The notes under the pieces were generated by a model. The model was not told the origin of the DNA. It worked only from the letters and a program-made list of their open reading frames with translations, and searched no databases. The position numbers and the translations under genes were made by a program. From an uncultured Nitrososphaerota archaeon (lineage in GTDB: Archaea > Thermoproteota > Nitrososphaeria > Conexivisphaerales > DTJL01): a stretch of DNA of 64,000 nt. The stretch is taken from NCBI GenBank assembly GCA_963842885.1, contig CAWJIE010000002.1, positions 32,001 to 96,000 on the forward strand. The letters run 5' to 3'. Below are positions 8,833-18,730 of the stretch, one piece after another. Position 1 is the stretch's first letter; every line of letters starts with the position of its first letter.

Positions 8833-10335
8833 ATGGACGAGTCGCCCGCGGAAGTCAGCAGAGAGATTCCGGTCCAGGAGGGCCTTTCGCCTCAAGCCGT
8901 GCGCGGAATGGCCGAGTTCGTCAAGGCGCACTATCTGGATGCGCGCCGAGGACGGGCCGGCCGCCCGTATCAGGAGGGCTGGTCCGAGGCTGAGAAGGCC
9001 GTGCAGCTGTCTTGGAAGGTATGGTCGCCCCCGAACAGGACGCCAGCCGGCGCGTTGGCCCTTGAGACCTATGCTCGCCTGTCCATAGGGCCGCGCTCCG
9101 TCTCCATCTCGTTCACGGACCTGGACGCCAGGGATGCGGAGGGAGTCAGAACTTGCAGGCGAGTGGCCGACGACGTCGAGGCCCTCGCCACCTCCTTCCT
9201 GACGATCGCCAAGACGACCAGCCTATACTTCATCTTCTCCAGCGGGGCTGTTCAGGCCATACGTGACGTCCCGGGCGCGTCCGACGGGATAAGGAGGGGA
9301 GTCATGAAGAGGATCTTCACCGGGAACATGGTGAACCTCTACCTGATCATCATGGCGGCCAGCTTCGGGCTCTTCTTCCTGCTGGGCGATATGGCGATCT
9401 TCGCCGTCATTGGAATCCAGCTCGTAGCGCTCTTCTTCTCGGACCGGCTGGCCCTCGGGGTCGGAAGGGTCCGTCCTACGGCAGAGAGACCTAAGGTGAC
9501 CGTCGTCAGCGTCCCCGTCTCCCCCGAGACGAAGAAGTGGATCACGAAGCACCCGAAGGGCATCGTGCCGGACACCACGGAGCGGCTCGAAGAGGCGCTC
9601 TCTCTCGACGCTCGGGATGAATCCCAGGCGACGGTCGCGGTTGAGGAGGCGCTCGCGCGCTCGGGATTCAAGTCGCCGCACGGGGAGGTCAAGATAGTCA
9701 CCAGGGACGTCTACGGCCTCGTCAAGGGGGTGGCCGATCGCTTCCGGCTCCCGGTCCCGAAGATCGTCATCATGAACAACATCGCCGCCAACGCGGCCGC
9801 GACGGGCTTCTCCCCACGCCGATCCGCGATAAGCATCACCGCGGGGTCCCTGGAGGACCTGGACGACCCCGAGTTCTCCGCGGTCGTGGGCCACGAAATG
9901 GGCCACATCAAGGGGAGGGATTCGCCCATACTCTTCTGCGTGACCTTCCTCCTCTACGTCGGGGGGTTCTACCTGTGGCTCCCGGTGCTGCTCTACCTGG
10001 GGCTCTTCTACTATCTGGTGGTCTTCGCCATCATCTTTGGCGTGGGGAAGGTCCTGGAGACGAGGGCCGACACGGAATCGGTCGTGAACCTGGGTCAGCC
10101 CGGCGTCTTGGCCGCCGCCCTCACCAACATCGGGTTCCGCCAGCTCTATTTCGAACGCTACTCCCGAGGCCTGAAGCTCCTCGACTGGCTGAGGTTCGAC
10201 CCGCACCCTCCGATCTACTTCAGGGTACAGAGGCTCTCCCGTCTCGCGTCGACAGGAGCCAACATCAGGCACACCTTTATCGTCTCCGTCAGGGATTGCA
10301 CCCTGGGCTTCCTTCGGGCCCTCCTTGGGCGCTAG
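8833..10335 (+). CDS. htpX: M48 family Zn metalloprotease (HtpX-like) with long N-terminal extension
   Basis: Motifs NAAATG, HEMGH, ETRAD and HPPIYFRV; TM helices. Confidence 0.88.
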   Translation: MDESPAEVSREIPVQEGLSPQAVRGMAEFVKAHYLDARRGRAGRPYQEGWSEAEKAVQLSWKVWSPPNRTPAGALALETYARLSIGPRSVSISFTDLDARDAEGVRTCRRVADDVEALATSFLTIAKTTSLYFIFSSGAVQAIRDVPGASDGIRRGVMKRIFTGNMVNLYLIIMAASFGLFFLLGDMAIFAVIGIQLVALFFSDRLALGVGRVRPTAERPKVTVVSVPVSPETKKWITKHPKGIVPDTTERLEEALSLDARDESQATVAVEEALARSGFKSPHGEVKIVTRDVYGLVKGVADRFRLPVPKIVIMNNIAANAAATGFSPRRSAISITAGSLEDLDDPEFSAVVGHEMGHIKGRDSPILFCVTFLLYVGGFYLWLPVLLYLGLFYYLVVFAIIFGVGKVLETRADTESVVNLGQPGVLAAALTNIGFRQLYFERYSRGLKLLDWLRFDPHPPIYFRVQRLSRLASTGANIRHTFIVSVRDCTLGFLRALLGR

Positions 10336-10470
10336 GGCGCCGGCTCATCTTCCCTGTGGAGAGGACCCCACCGTGTTACCGTTAGGACGCGGACTTGCAA
10401 GCCATCGCAGCAGCTCCGGACAGCACCCCATGACCCGCCAATAATCTATTCACGCGTCAGCGGGACAACG

Positions 10471-10506
10471 TTTATAATTAGAGCATCTATGTACAATTGT
10501 ACATAG
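10471..10506 (+). promoter_or_regulatory. TATA box plus perfect 20-bp palindromic operator
   Basis: TTTATAA at 10471-10477. CTATGTACAATTGTACATAG (10487-10506) is its own reverse complement. Confidence 0.7.
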
Positions 10507-10520
10507 GAGATTAGTTCGCT

Positions 10521-11292
10521 GTGAACAGCACTCGAACCGGGGTCAGGAGGAACAGAAACGCCCTAGTGACAAGGGGCCTCATCGCAGCCGTCGAATCTCT
10601 CGAAAGGCGGGGCGTGGAGCCGACCTTCAGCGAGATCCTGGCCGATCTCAGGTCGAGCGGGATCCTCTCCAACCATAGGTCGTTGAGAACCTACCTTGAT
10701 TCGCTCGTGCTTTCGGGAATCCTGAAAGTGAAAAAGGAGGAAGCGAGGCGGAAGAACGTGAGGCCGAAGGAGATTCTATTCTCTCACCCACGGACGCCCC
10801 CATGTCGAAGCCGGAGACGGCGCTTTGCTCTTCCATGGGCTCAACTGGACCATCCCGGTGAAGTCCTCGATCAAGCTGATGACGGACGAAGAAGGGGTGG
10901 CGAGGGCCCGGCTCGTAGACGGGACACTGTATGCCTCCCTTGAGGACATGGTGGTTGCTAACCTGGCGGCGAAGAGGAGGGCCGCCCTCGAAAGGGCGCT
11001 CCCCCTGTGCGCGGCGCTCCTGGCCACGTGCAGCTTCGACCCAGTCTATCTGGACAGGAGGGCCAAAGAGATGGGCGTCGGAGGGCTGGTGAAGGAGCTG
11101 CTCGATGAAATAGGCTACATCGTGTCCTCCCCCAGACCAGAGGTCGAGGACATCAGGACCCTCTACGCCGTAAGGAGACGGCTCGGGTCCCTTCGCAGGA
11201 ACGTCGCCCTTCATGACCAGGAACCGCGCTGGGACCTGCTGTCGCCTCATGAGTTGGTGGATGTGGCCGGGAAGCAGCTGGGGTTGGAGTGA
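10521..11292 (+). pseudogene. wHTH regulator / putative antitoxin split by a frameshift near 10775
   Basis: Removing one base at GAGATTCTATTC joins ORF 10521 to ORF 10825 (KEIYSLTHGRPHVEAGDGALLFHGLNW...YASLED). Confidence 0.65.
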
Positions 11293-11294
11293 AG

Positions 11295-11978
11295 ATGAAG
11301 CCCTCCCGCCCTCCCGCCAGAGTGTGGATAGGCGTCCTGGGCCGCATCCTGCCCGTCCTGTCGAGGGGAGAGGCCAACGACGTGGTGCTCTTCGGCTCTC
11401 AGGCCATGAGCGTCTACACTCCCAGGGCCCTGGCGAGCAAGGACATGGACCTCATCGTCCCGGGTATGACCCTTCGAGTCATGAGGGAGCTCTGCGACGA
11501 ACTCGCCAAGGTGGCGGTGGGGAGGCCCAGCTACGACTACCTTTCATCCGAGTACTCGGGGAGGGAGTATCCCATCTTCCATGTCTACTTCAGGCACGAC
11601 AGCGGGTATCCGATGGTCGTCGAAATCTTCCTGAACTTCCTGGGCTTCGAATCCAAGAGGCTTGCGCCCTTCCTCACCTTCAGGGAAAGGTGGGGGGCGA
11701 GGGTCCAGGTCCCGACGCCGGAGGCAATCATAGGAACGAGGTTGTCCTTCAGGCCCCCCGAGCGGATCACGCCCTTCAACGCGAGGAGGTTGTCACGTTT
11801 CATAACGGGGATGGGCAGGGGGGTCGACTGGGCTAAGGTGAACTCGTTCGTCGACGCCTTCGAGCTCAGGGCCGTAGCCACGGAGAACCTGCGGGCGCTT
11901 GCCTCAAAGCGAATCTTCATCGCCGGGACGTCCCATTTCCTCAAGGGGCAACCGGGAGACGCGCCGAACTCCGCATGA
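11295..11978 (+). CDS. Nucleotidyltransferase-superfamily protein (putative toxin)
   Basis: VVLFGSQAM...SKDMDLIV (GS...DxD), followed by VPTPEAII. Confidence 0.7.
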   Translation: MKPSRPPARVWIGVLGRILPVLSRGEANDVVLFGSQAMSVYTPRALASKDMDLIVPGMTLRVMRELCDELAKVAVGRPSYDYLSSEYSGREYPIFHVYFRHDSGYPMVVEIFLNFLGFESKRLAPFLTFRERWGARVQVPTPEAIIGTRLSFRPPERITPFNARRLSRFITGMGRGVDWAKVNSFVDAFELRAVATENLRALASKRIFIAGTSHFLKGQPGDAPNSA

Positions 11979-12079
11979 CCGTTCGTTGCGGGTAGCCACG
12001 GGCCCGCCACTTGTTGGCCCCATGGATAGCATTATGCATCGATGGGGTTAAATCCGACCTAGATTTCTGCGCTTGTGAC

Positions 12080-12505
12080 ATGGCAGCCACGCAGAGCGGG
12101 CTCCTAACCAGCCTGATAGAACTCCTGACGCCGACGGCAGCGCTCCTTACGATCGTCATCGAACTGTGGAACATGACGTCCGTAACCATAAGGCTCTTTT
12201 CGGTCATCGACCTCGTCATACTTGTCTTCGTAGCTCTCATCTGCTTCATGGAGCTGAAGTCTGAAAGGCTTGGAGACCGAGGCCTCAGCCTATCCGCGTT
12301 CTTCCTCCTGTGGCCCTTCCTCGTCCTTCTTGGTCTGGCGGTGGCTGCCCCGGTGATGTCGCTCCTGGGGATCGTCTTCATTCCCTGGAGGACGAATACG
12401 AGGGATTGGTGGGCGGGCATGGGGATCGCCTTGGCCGGGATAGTGGTGACCGGCCTGCTGGCCTGGAGGTTGGTCCTGCTGACCAAGCCGCGTCTTCGAA
12501 CCTGA
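12080..12505 (+). CDS. Hypothetical 4-TM membrane protein
   Basis: Hydrophobic ORF with a TTAAAT element upstream. Confidence 0.6.
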   Translation: MAATQSGLLTSLIELLTPTAALLTIVIELWNMTSVTIRLFSVIDLVILVFVALICFMELKSERLGDRGLSLSAFFLLWPFLVLLGLAVAAPVMSLLGIVFIPWRTNTRDWWAGMGIALAGIVVTGLLAWRLVLLTKPRLRT

Positions 12506-12559
12506 AATAGTGCTCCCACAACCCTGACCATGCTCCTCGATCGCGCTCGTGCTCTCACG

Positions 12560-12650
12560 TCGGACGCGGCGTGGCCAAGGTCGCATCCATCTGCACGAGG
12601 GCGCTGGGCGAAGGTCCGCTGCGGGTCTGAGCCCTCGGGACTACTGTGGA
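12560..12650 (+). pseudogene. Degenerate 3' remnant of the PAP2 gene
   Basis: CGTGGCCAAGGTC...AGGGCGCTGGGCGA..GTCC.CTGCGG.TCTGA matches 20100-20185. Confidence 0.7.
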
Positions 12651-12779
12651 CCCTCCGAACGATGTAAAGGGGCCACCCTGCGGCGGCGGCGGCCAACCTC
12701 GCCCGATGAGGATCCAGACGTCTTCGCCCCCCTCCCCAAAGCTCTAATAGAGTGAGCCCGCCAACGAGATGGGAAGGCC

Positions 12780-13001
12780 ATGTCGTCTGAATTCGAAAAG
12801 TTGGTGAAGAGGCTGGAGAAGCTGGAGACGAGAGTGCAGCTCGCGGAGGAGAAGCAGTCCGTGGCGGTGGAAGGGGCTCTCGGGGACGAGGAGACGAAGC
12901 TTAAGGCCGGGGAGAAGAAGAGGGTGGACCAGCTGGAGGCCAAGGTGAAAGAGCTGGAAGCGAAGCTAAAGGCCCTAGAAAAGAAGCGTGCGAAGAAGTA
13001 G
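12780..13001 (+). CDS. Small coiled-coil hypothetical protein
   Basis: 73 aa with K/E-rich heptads and host-like codon usage. Confidence 0.6.
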   Translation: MSSEFEKLVKRLEKLETRVQLAEEKQSVAVEGALGDEETKLKAGEKKRVDQLEAKVKELEAKLKALEKKRAKK

Positions 13002-13048
13002 GCCTCATCCCTTCCGGCAGGAAGCACGACGGCGGAACCATAACGAGA

Positions 13049-13167
13049 CTAGGTTTGCCTAAGGAGCCACTTCAAGACCTAAAATGAATGACTAGTAGTG
13101 TTTGTCTAAGCTACAGCTTGGGCAAACTAGAAATCGGACCAGCCCATTTCTTCGCAGGTCCAAGCCC
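13049..13167 (+). repeat. Junction site, type A arm + core (copy 2)
   Basis: CTAGGTTTGCCTAAG box, inverted repeat GTTTGTCTAAG-CTACAG-CTTGGGCAAAC at 13100-13127, core at 13151-13167. Confidence 0.85.
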
Positions 13168-13211
13168 ACGCCCGCGCTAAACTTGGAACCAGTCACGGCC
13201 ACAAAACAGAT

Positions 13212-13469
13212 TCAAGGTGATTCCTCTTGGTCTTCTTTCTTGTTCAGCTCTTTGAACATCAGAGAATTGTAGTAGGCACCAAGGAGGCCTACAACTAGCC
13301 CACAACCGCCGATCAACAGGTCCAGTGGCAATACGAAGTAATGGGGAGAGAAGAGGTAGTATGTGACCAGGGGATATCCGATTGCGAGCAAGCAAAGCAC
13401 CACTCCGACGATACCCATTATGTTGTTCCGCCTAAAATGACGAACACGAGGATATCTCTCGGCCCCCAC
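13212..13469 (-). CDS. Small 2-TM membrane protein
   Basis: 85-aa ORF that fills the space between two junction sites. Confidence 0.55.
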   Translation of the reverse strand: MGAERYPRVRHFRRNNIMGIVGVVLCLLAIGYPLVTYYLFSPHYFVLPLDLLIGGCGLVVGLLGAYYNSLMFKELNKKEDQEESP

Positions 13470-13518
13470 TACCGTAAACCCCCGGTGTCAAGAACCATCA
13501 CTATCCTAATGAGGCTTT

Positions 13519-13591
13519 CCAGTTCAATTATCAAATTGTTTTCAATAACATAGATATGAATAAGCCAGCCCGTTTTCGCAGGTCCAAGCCC
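13519..13591 (+). repeat. Junction site, type B arm + core
   Basis: CCAGTTCAATTATCAAATTGTTTTCAATAACATAGATATG...CAGCCCGTTTTCGCAGGTCCAAGCCC. Confidence 0.85.
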
Positions 13592-13755
13592 CCAAGAATC
13601 CCATCCATAGACCCAGTTGGGTCCTAGTCCTCCCGCGCCCGCCCGCCCAAAGGGGACACCTCCGTTTCTCCGGTTCTCCCCCAAAGAGATCCTTTCCTGA
13701 CGGCAACCGCAAACTTATCGGTTTTGGAATACGCCCCCTTCCCATCTGCTTCCCA

Positions 13756-14451
13756 TCAGGCTTGCCCAAGCGCGTCAACAATAAGATGCCTTTCGGCCCG
13801 CCTGAGTTCAACGTCCAAAGTTGATGGGGCAAGACTGTGGATTCCGGCTAGTTGCTTGATGCTCGTCTTCTTTGGTATATCGAAGTAACCCATGCTGTAA
13901 GCAGTGGAGAGAGCTCTCCGCTGTTTCTCTGTCATCTTGTCCATTGACGACCTTGAGAGCCTCAGGTCTTCGAGTTCCACAATCCTGTAGGGCACTCCAA
14001 CCCGATCAACCATCTTGCAGAAGCGTCTTACTATCTTCGGATTTCCAAGATACGTGATTCTGAACCTCCCATTTCTGATTTCGTATGGTGGGATGAAATA
14101 TCCGCCTATCGCAAGGAAATCCAAGAAACTGGGGGAAGCCTTCTTGAGCTCAGGCTTGAACCTCGTGAAATATGTGAAGAGATTCCCTTTTTCGTGTCGA
14201 AGCATCTCGAAGAATAGTTTGCTGCTCGTCGTTTCGCGAATCAATTCCTCCAATCTGCTTGCCGGTTCGCGGAGTTTCACCCTGAATATGAACGCAACCT
14301 CGTCAGAGAGCTCAAGGAAGTAAAGCACCTCAAACCATTCGACTTTTAGGACTTTTAGGAGGGTCGCCTCGCGGAATTTGTCCAGGTCGTTCTCCGCAAA
14401 TTCGATCGTGAGCCGGCGCATCCATGTATGTAAGAAGGTCGCCCCTTCCAT
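13756..14451 (-). CDS. HTH_10 (bacterio-opsin activator-like) transcriptional regulator
   Basis: C-terminal MTEKQRRALSTAYSMGYFDIPKK...LRRAE. Confidence 0.88.
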   Translation of the reverse strand: MEGATFLHTWMRRLTIEFAENDLDKFREATLLKVLKVEWFEVLYFLELSDEVAFIFRVKLREPASRLEELIRETTSSKLFFEMLRHEKGNLFTYFTRFKPELKKASPSFLDFLAIGGYFIPPYEIRNGRFRITYLGNPKIVRRFCKMVDRVGVPYRIVELEDLRLSRSSMDKMTEKQRRALSTAYSMGYFDIPKKTSIKQLAGIHSLAPSTLDVELRRAERHLIVDALGQA

Positions 14452-14528
14452 TTAAGGGTATAAAAGGATGGCGAATCTATTCGCATCAATGTTAAAACGC
14501 TATCATCACGAAATCAGTACGGGTTACG

Positions 14529-16124
14529 ATGTCAAGCAAGTATGATGTGGTTGTTGCCGGCGGCGGACAGCATGGGCTCATTACTGCGTGCTATCTAGCA
14601 AAGGCAGGGCTGAGCGTCTGTGTAGTGGAAAAGCTCGATGCGACGGGCGGAGGGCTCGTGACCAGGGAACTCAATGCGCCGGGATTCAAGCATGACATGG
14701 CCTCGGTTGCTCACATCTACATCCAGGCTAACCCTCTCCTTGTGAACGACGAGCTTGGACTCCTATCCAAGTATGGGCTCAAGTACATTGTCCCTACCGA
14801 ACCGGTGGTAGTAGTCTTCCCGGATGGAAGAGAGATGGTAATCTGGCGAGACGTCGATAAGACCTGTGAGTCTATCGCCCAGTTCAACAAGAAAGATGCT
14901 GAGGCTTACAGGAAGCTCTACGAATGGGCACGTCCAGGTTTGAATATGCTGATTGGTGGCATGTTTGTTCCACCCCCGCCCCTGTCAGGCATGATTTCGT
15001 TGCTCGAAGGGAGCGATTATGGGCGAGAGATGAAAAGAGGGTTGCTACTGAGCGCTTTGGATATCGCTAACGACTGGTTTGAAGGAGACGCAATAAAGAT
15101 CGCGATGCTCAGGCTCATATCTGAGCTATTGATGGCCCCGCAGACAAAGGGGACCGGACTGAACTTTTACCTCATGGTTCCCATGTTGCACGCTTACGGA
15201 TATGGGTTTGCGGAGGGAGGTGCACACGCACTCGCTGAAGCCCTGGAGCGTTGCCTCAAGGCGAATGGCGGAACGATCATGGTTAACAGTCCCATTAGGC
15301 GCTTCAAGATAGATCAGGGGAAGGCCACTGGTGTTGTATTGGAATCTGGCGAGGAGGTCCAAGCCAGCAAGCTCGTAGTCTCCAACCTAAACGTCAAGCA
15401 GATGTTTCTTGAGATGATTCCGACCGAGAATCTGCCTCCTGATGTGCCAGGGAAGGTTCGGCGGATTAAGCAAAGCGACTTCATGCCCTTCCATCAGTTA
15501 CTGGCACTGAACGAAGCGCCCAGGTTCGACACTGGCGGCATGGCCGATAGGGCCTCAGGTGTCTATCACATTTCCTCGTACAAGCTTGCAGATCTTTTGA
15601 GGGGATTCGACGACTATAGCTACGGAATCATGAATTCAGTAATGCCTTTGACCGTGTGTCAAACATTGTTTGATCCCACACGAGCGCCAAAGGGCAAGCA
15701 TACCGTGTATCTCCTTCACTTTGCCCCCGCCAGGCTGGCAGACGGAGGGCTTGAGGGATGGGATAAGATAAAGCAGAAGGCAGCTGATGACATCCTTGGG
15801 ACTGTACGCAGGCACGTCGTGAACCTGGATGACAAGAATATCGTAGGCAGAACAATATTGAGCCCGCTTGACTTCTACAAGTACAATCGTTCATGGTATG
15901 AAGGAGACTTCTGCCACTTTGGCAGCATGCTGGGCCAGCTCTTCGCGGACAGACCCCTCTCTGATTGGCCGCCCTTCAAGACCCCGATAGACAAGCTGTA
16001 CCTCACCGGTCCAAGCGCACCTGGGACTGGCGGCGGCGTAACTGGCGCAGCTGGAAGAGCCGCTGCCATGACCATCCTTCAAGACCTGGGCATTAGTTTC
16101 GACAAGGTAATCGCCGCCAAGTAG
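14529..16124 (+). CDS. FAD-dependent oxidoreductase, phytoene desaturase (COG1233) family
   Basis: YDVVVAGGGQHGL...VVE Rossmann motif and a TPIDKLYLTG C-terminal motif. Confidence 0.88.
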   Translation: MSSKYDVVVAGGGQHGLITACYLAKAGLSVCVVEKLDATGGGLVTRELNAPGFKHDMASVAHIYIQANPLLVNDELGLLSKYGLKYIVPTEPVVVVFPDGREMVIWRDVDKTCESIAQFNKKDAEAYRKLYEWARPGLNMLIGGMFVPPPPLSGMISLLEGSDYGREMKRGLLLSALDIANDWFEGDAIKIAMLRLISELLMAPQTKGTGLNFYLMVPMLHAYGYGFAEGGAHALAEALERCLKANGGTIMVNSPIRRFKIDQGKATGVVLESGEEVQASKLVVSNLNVKQMFLEMIPTENLPPDVPGKVRRIKQSDFMPFHQLLALNEAPRFDTGGMADRASGVYHISSYKLADLLRGFDDYSYGIMNSVMPLTVCQTLFDPTRAPKGKHTVYLLHFAPARLADGGLEGWDKIKQKAADDILGTVRRHVVNLDDKNIVGRTILSPLDFYKYNRSWYEGDFCHFGSMLGQLFADRPLSDWPPFKTPIDKLYLTGPSAPGTGGGVTGAAGRAAAMTILQDLGISFDKVIAAK

Positions 16125-16187
16125 CAAGATGTCACGATCTAGACAGGGGTTGTGACATGACTGCCTCCCCCTAGAAAGGCGACGGAC

Positions 16188-16445
16188 ATGAGCCCTGACA
16201 ATACTGCCGACCCCATGAGAATGACGGACATGCACGGGAACGCCGTGATAGAAATGAGGTCCATCGAACGGTGGGAAGACGCACTCGTGATCCAGGCAAA
16301 AGTGTACGGAACGATGTCGATGACCCTATACATCAAGCCTGAAGAGATGTGGAGAAGCAGAAAACTCCTGTCTTGGTCAGTGGTGCTGTATCTCCCGAGG
16401 ATGATCATCAGGGGCTGGTGGCGCTCCAGAAAGAAATCGAAGTAG
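16188..16445 (+). CDS. Small hypothetical protein, probably co-transcribed with the oxidoreductase
   Basis: 85-aa ORF directly downstream on the same strand. Confidence 0.6.
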   Translation: MSPDNTADPMRMTDMHGNAVIEMRSIERWEDALVIQAKVYGTMSMTLYIKPEEMWRSRKLLSWSVVLYLPRMIIRGWWRSRKKSK

Positions 16446-16457
16446 CGGGGCACCGAG

Positions 16458-16772
16458 ATGGTATTGGCTTCTCAATTCCGGCTTCACGACCTTATCCGCA
16501 AGCATGTTCGCACCAAGCGCGTCTTCACGTACCTTCCCTCAGGTAGCACAGGCAAGGTGATAGAGGTCTACGGCAGACGAGGCATGCCTCTAGGCATCAG
16601 TGTGAGTAGGACGGTGTCGCCAAGCTTCGTTCTCTTGGGCTTCGGAGGGGTCTATTGTCAAGGCCACATAGGGGTGACTGAACCATTCTTCAACTCTACC
16701 ACCTACTCCTATCTATTCACTTGGAACTCCTCTGACCTTTCTCAGTTTTGCCACGGACTCTACTATCATTGA
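16458..16772 (+). CDS. Hypothetical protein or fragment
   Basis: 104-aa ORF whose stop codon lies 4 bp before a junction core. Confidence 0.35.
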   Translation: MVLASQFRLHDLIRKHVRTKRVFTYLPSGSTGKVIEVYGRRGMPLGISVSRTVSPSFVLLGFGGVYCQGHIGVTEPFFNSTTYSYLFTWNSSDLSQFCHGLYYH

Positions 16773-16776
16773 GAGA

Positions 16777-16804
16777 GTCAGCCCATCTTCGCAGGTCCAA
16801 GCCC
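16777..16804 (+). repeat. Junction site, core only
   Basis: GTCAGCCCATCTTCGCAGGTCCAAGCCC, identical to 62831-62858. Confidence 0.88.
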
Positions 16805-16905
16805 ACGTTCTCGACCAGGACACCTTTGTGAATGGTTCACGTTGGCGACTATAGTCTTTGCCTTCCGGCTAGTATTAATAGATGCCCCATTAGCGTTTGG
16901 GGTGT

Positions 16906-18426
16906 TCATGGAATCCTCTCTTCGATTGATTGAGACGTTGGCGCGCGGCGCTTTCTGAAGAGGAAGAAACCAGCCGCGGCGACCACGACTGCCACTGCCA
17001 CTCCGCCCAGAATCAGCGTCGTAGTCGTCGGCAGTGTTGTTTGAGGGCCGCCCATGGCAAACGGAGAACCTGACAGGGCCGAGACGGGAATATCACCGCA
17101 AACCATGACACCAGGCGTGGCAGTCATGTTGGCTGCTTGAATCCATGAACCTGCTGAGTAATAATCAATCACCGTGCTGGCATCCGCGCTAGCATTTGAT
17201 ATGCAGACGTTTGCAGTCCCTCCCATGATTCCAGTTATGCTCAGTTCATAGAATCCGAATGAAGTGCCGCTGGATCCATTGACGCTCAATCCGCCTGTGT
17301 TCGTGGGCTGACTGGTCAATCGCGAGGCGATTATCTCAGCAGTTCCGTTCGTGCCGGCGATACTAACGTTCAATCCTATGGTAGGAAAGGCCACGGTGGA
17401 GGCAGACCCTGCAGTAACGTTGGCGGATGCCTGCTGGCCGGATAGGCAACTTTCGACCATTATTGGACTCCCTGTCATCGTTCCCATGTTGTTTATGACA
17501 CCTATACTGTTTATGGCACCTCCGCAGTTGTTGAAGAAATAGCCAGGGTTGTTGATCGTAGCTGCGGCGTTGTTATTCAGCGTGCCAAAATTGCCCGTCG
17601 AATCGAAGTTGTTAAAGACACCATAGTTGTTGAAGGTTTCATTGAGCCAGATGCTATTAGCTCCGTAGTTGTCAAAGGTACCGTAGTTATTGATCGTTCC
17701 AGGTGCAACTCCGACATTGGCGAGTACCGCGCCACTCTCGACTGTGACAGTGCCGCCCAACTGGTTGTCAAGTGCGCCACCACTGAGGGAGGTTGCGCCC
17801 TGGTCATCCAGAAGACCGGCGTTAGCAAAGACACCGCCGATGTGCAGCCCAGACGGGTCGGGGGCGGAGGTGACGAACGTGCCAGAATTATCGAGCGTAC
17901 CGTCGGTATTCATGCTGAAACCTCCAGAGTTCGAAATCGTGCCAGTGTTGGTTATCGCGCCGTCCATGCTAACCGTTCCGGACGTGTCAATCGTACCCGA
18001 ATTCAAGAGCGTGCTTCCTGGGCCTACGTTAAGCCACCCACTATTGTCAATCATTCCTCCGCTATCAACTGACACTACGCCAGATCCCCCAAATATGCCG
18101 GAATTGTCCAAAGTGCCTTGGATAGTAACCATGCCCCCGGCATCCAGCTTGGTGCCCGAGTCTATTTGGATGGTCGTTCCGGATGGAATTGTAAATCCGG
18201 GGCCCGCCTCACACGTGAGAGCCCCCGATGGGGGTGTGGGACCCTGCCATGTACCATTGAAGGGAGCAGCCGCACAGCTATCTGCGCTCAATATGATTGT
18301 CGACTGGGCATGCACAGGACGGACGCTCAGCGGACCAGCAACCGCTGGCAGAGAGAAGGCCACAAAAGCGAGAAGGAACAACAGACCGACCCGTACGAAA
18401 GCTACCCCGGTTCGTTGCATCTTCAA
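16906..18426 (-). CDS. Membrane-anchored surface protein with Gly/Asn-rich (GTIxNxG) beta-helix-like repeats, paralogue 1
   Basis: Signal peptide, repeats, Thr linker, TM helix and RKRR tail. Paralogous to 58725-60311. Confidence 0.8.
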   Translation of the reverse strand: MKMQRTGVAFVRVGLLFLLAFVAFSLPAVAGPLSVRPVHAQSTIILSADSCAAAPFNGTWQGPTPPSGALTCEAGPGFTIPSGTTIQIDSGTKLDAGGMVTIQGTLDNSGIFGGSGVVSVDSGGMIDNSGWLNVGPGSTLLNSGTIDTSGTVSMDGAITNTGTISNSGGFSMNTDGTLDNSGTFVTSAPDPSGLHIGGVFANAGLLDDQGATSLSGGALDNQLGGTVTVESGAVLANVGVAPGTINNYGTFDNYGANSIWLNETFNNYGVFNNFDSTGNFGTLNNNAAATINNPGYFFNNCGGAINSIGVINNMGTMTGSPIMVESCLSGQQASANVTAGSASTVAFPTIGLNVSIAGTNGTAEIIASRLTSQPTNTGGLSVNGSSGTSFGFYELSITGIMGGTANVCISNASADASTVIDYYSAGSWIQAANMTATPGVMVCGDIPVSALSGSPFAMGGPQTTLPTTTTLILGGVAVAVVVAAAGFFLFRKRRAPTSQSIEERIP

Positions 18427-18730
18427 AACCTTATAAATAATAGAGGGAAGTTGGATATAAATATTTCAGGATTGGTTGAAAGTTATAAAAACGTCTATAG
18501 ACACTATGACCAATCATGATATCTTTGTTGAATTCTAGCGTGCTTTCAGCATGACACTGGTAGCATGTGCTTGCAATTCGTGCTGAGTCTACAGAATCCA
18601 GTTTGGCACGACTTCGGCACCGATATAGCCACGAATCCGCTCCGGCCCACCACGATCGCTGCACTTGAGCATAGCATCCTATGCTCCTATCCCGGCTGGT
18701 GTATCCTCGTCCAAGATCAGAGGCGGCGCA

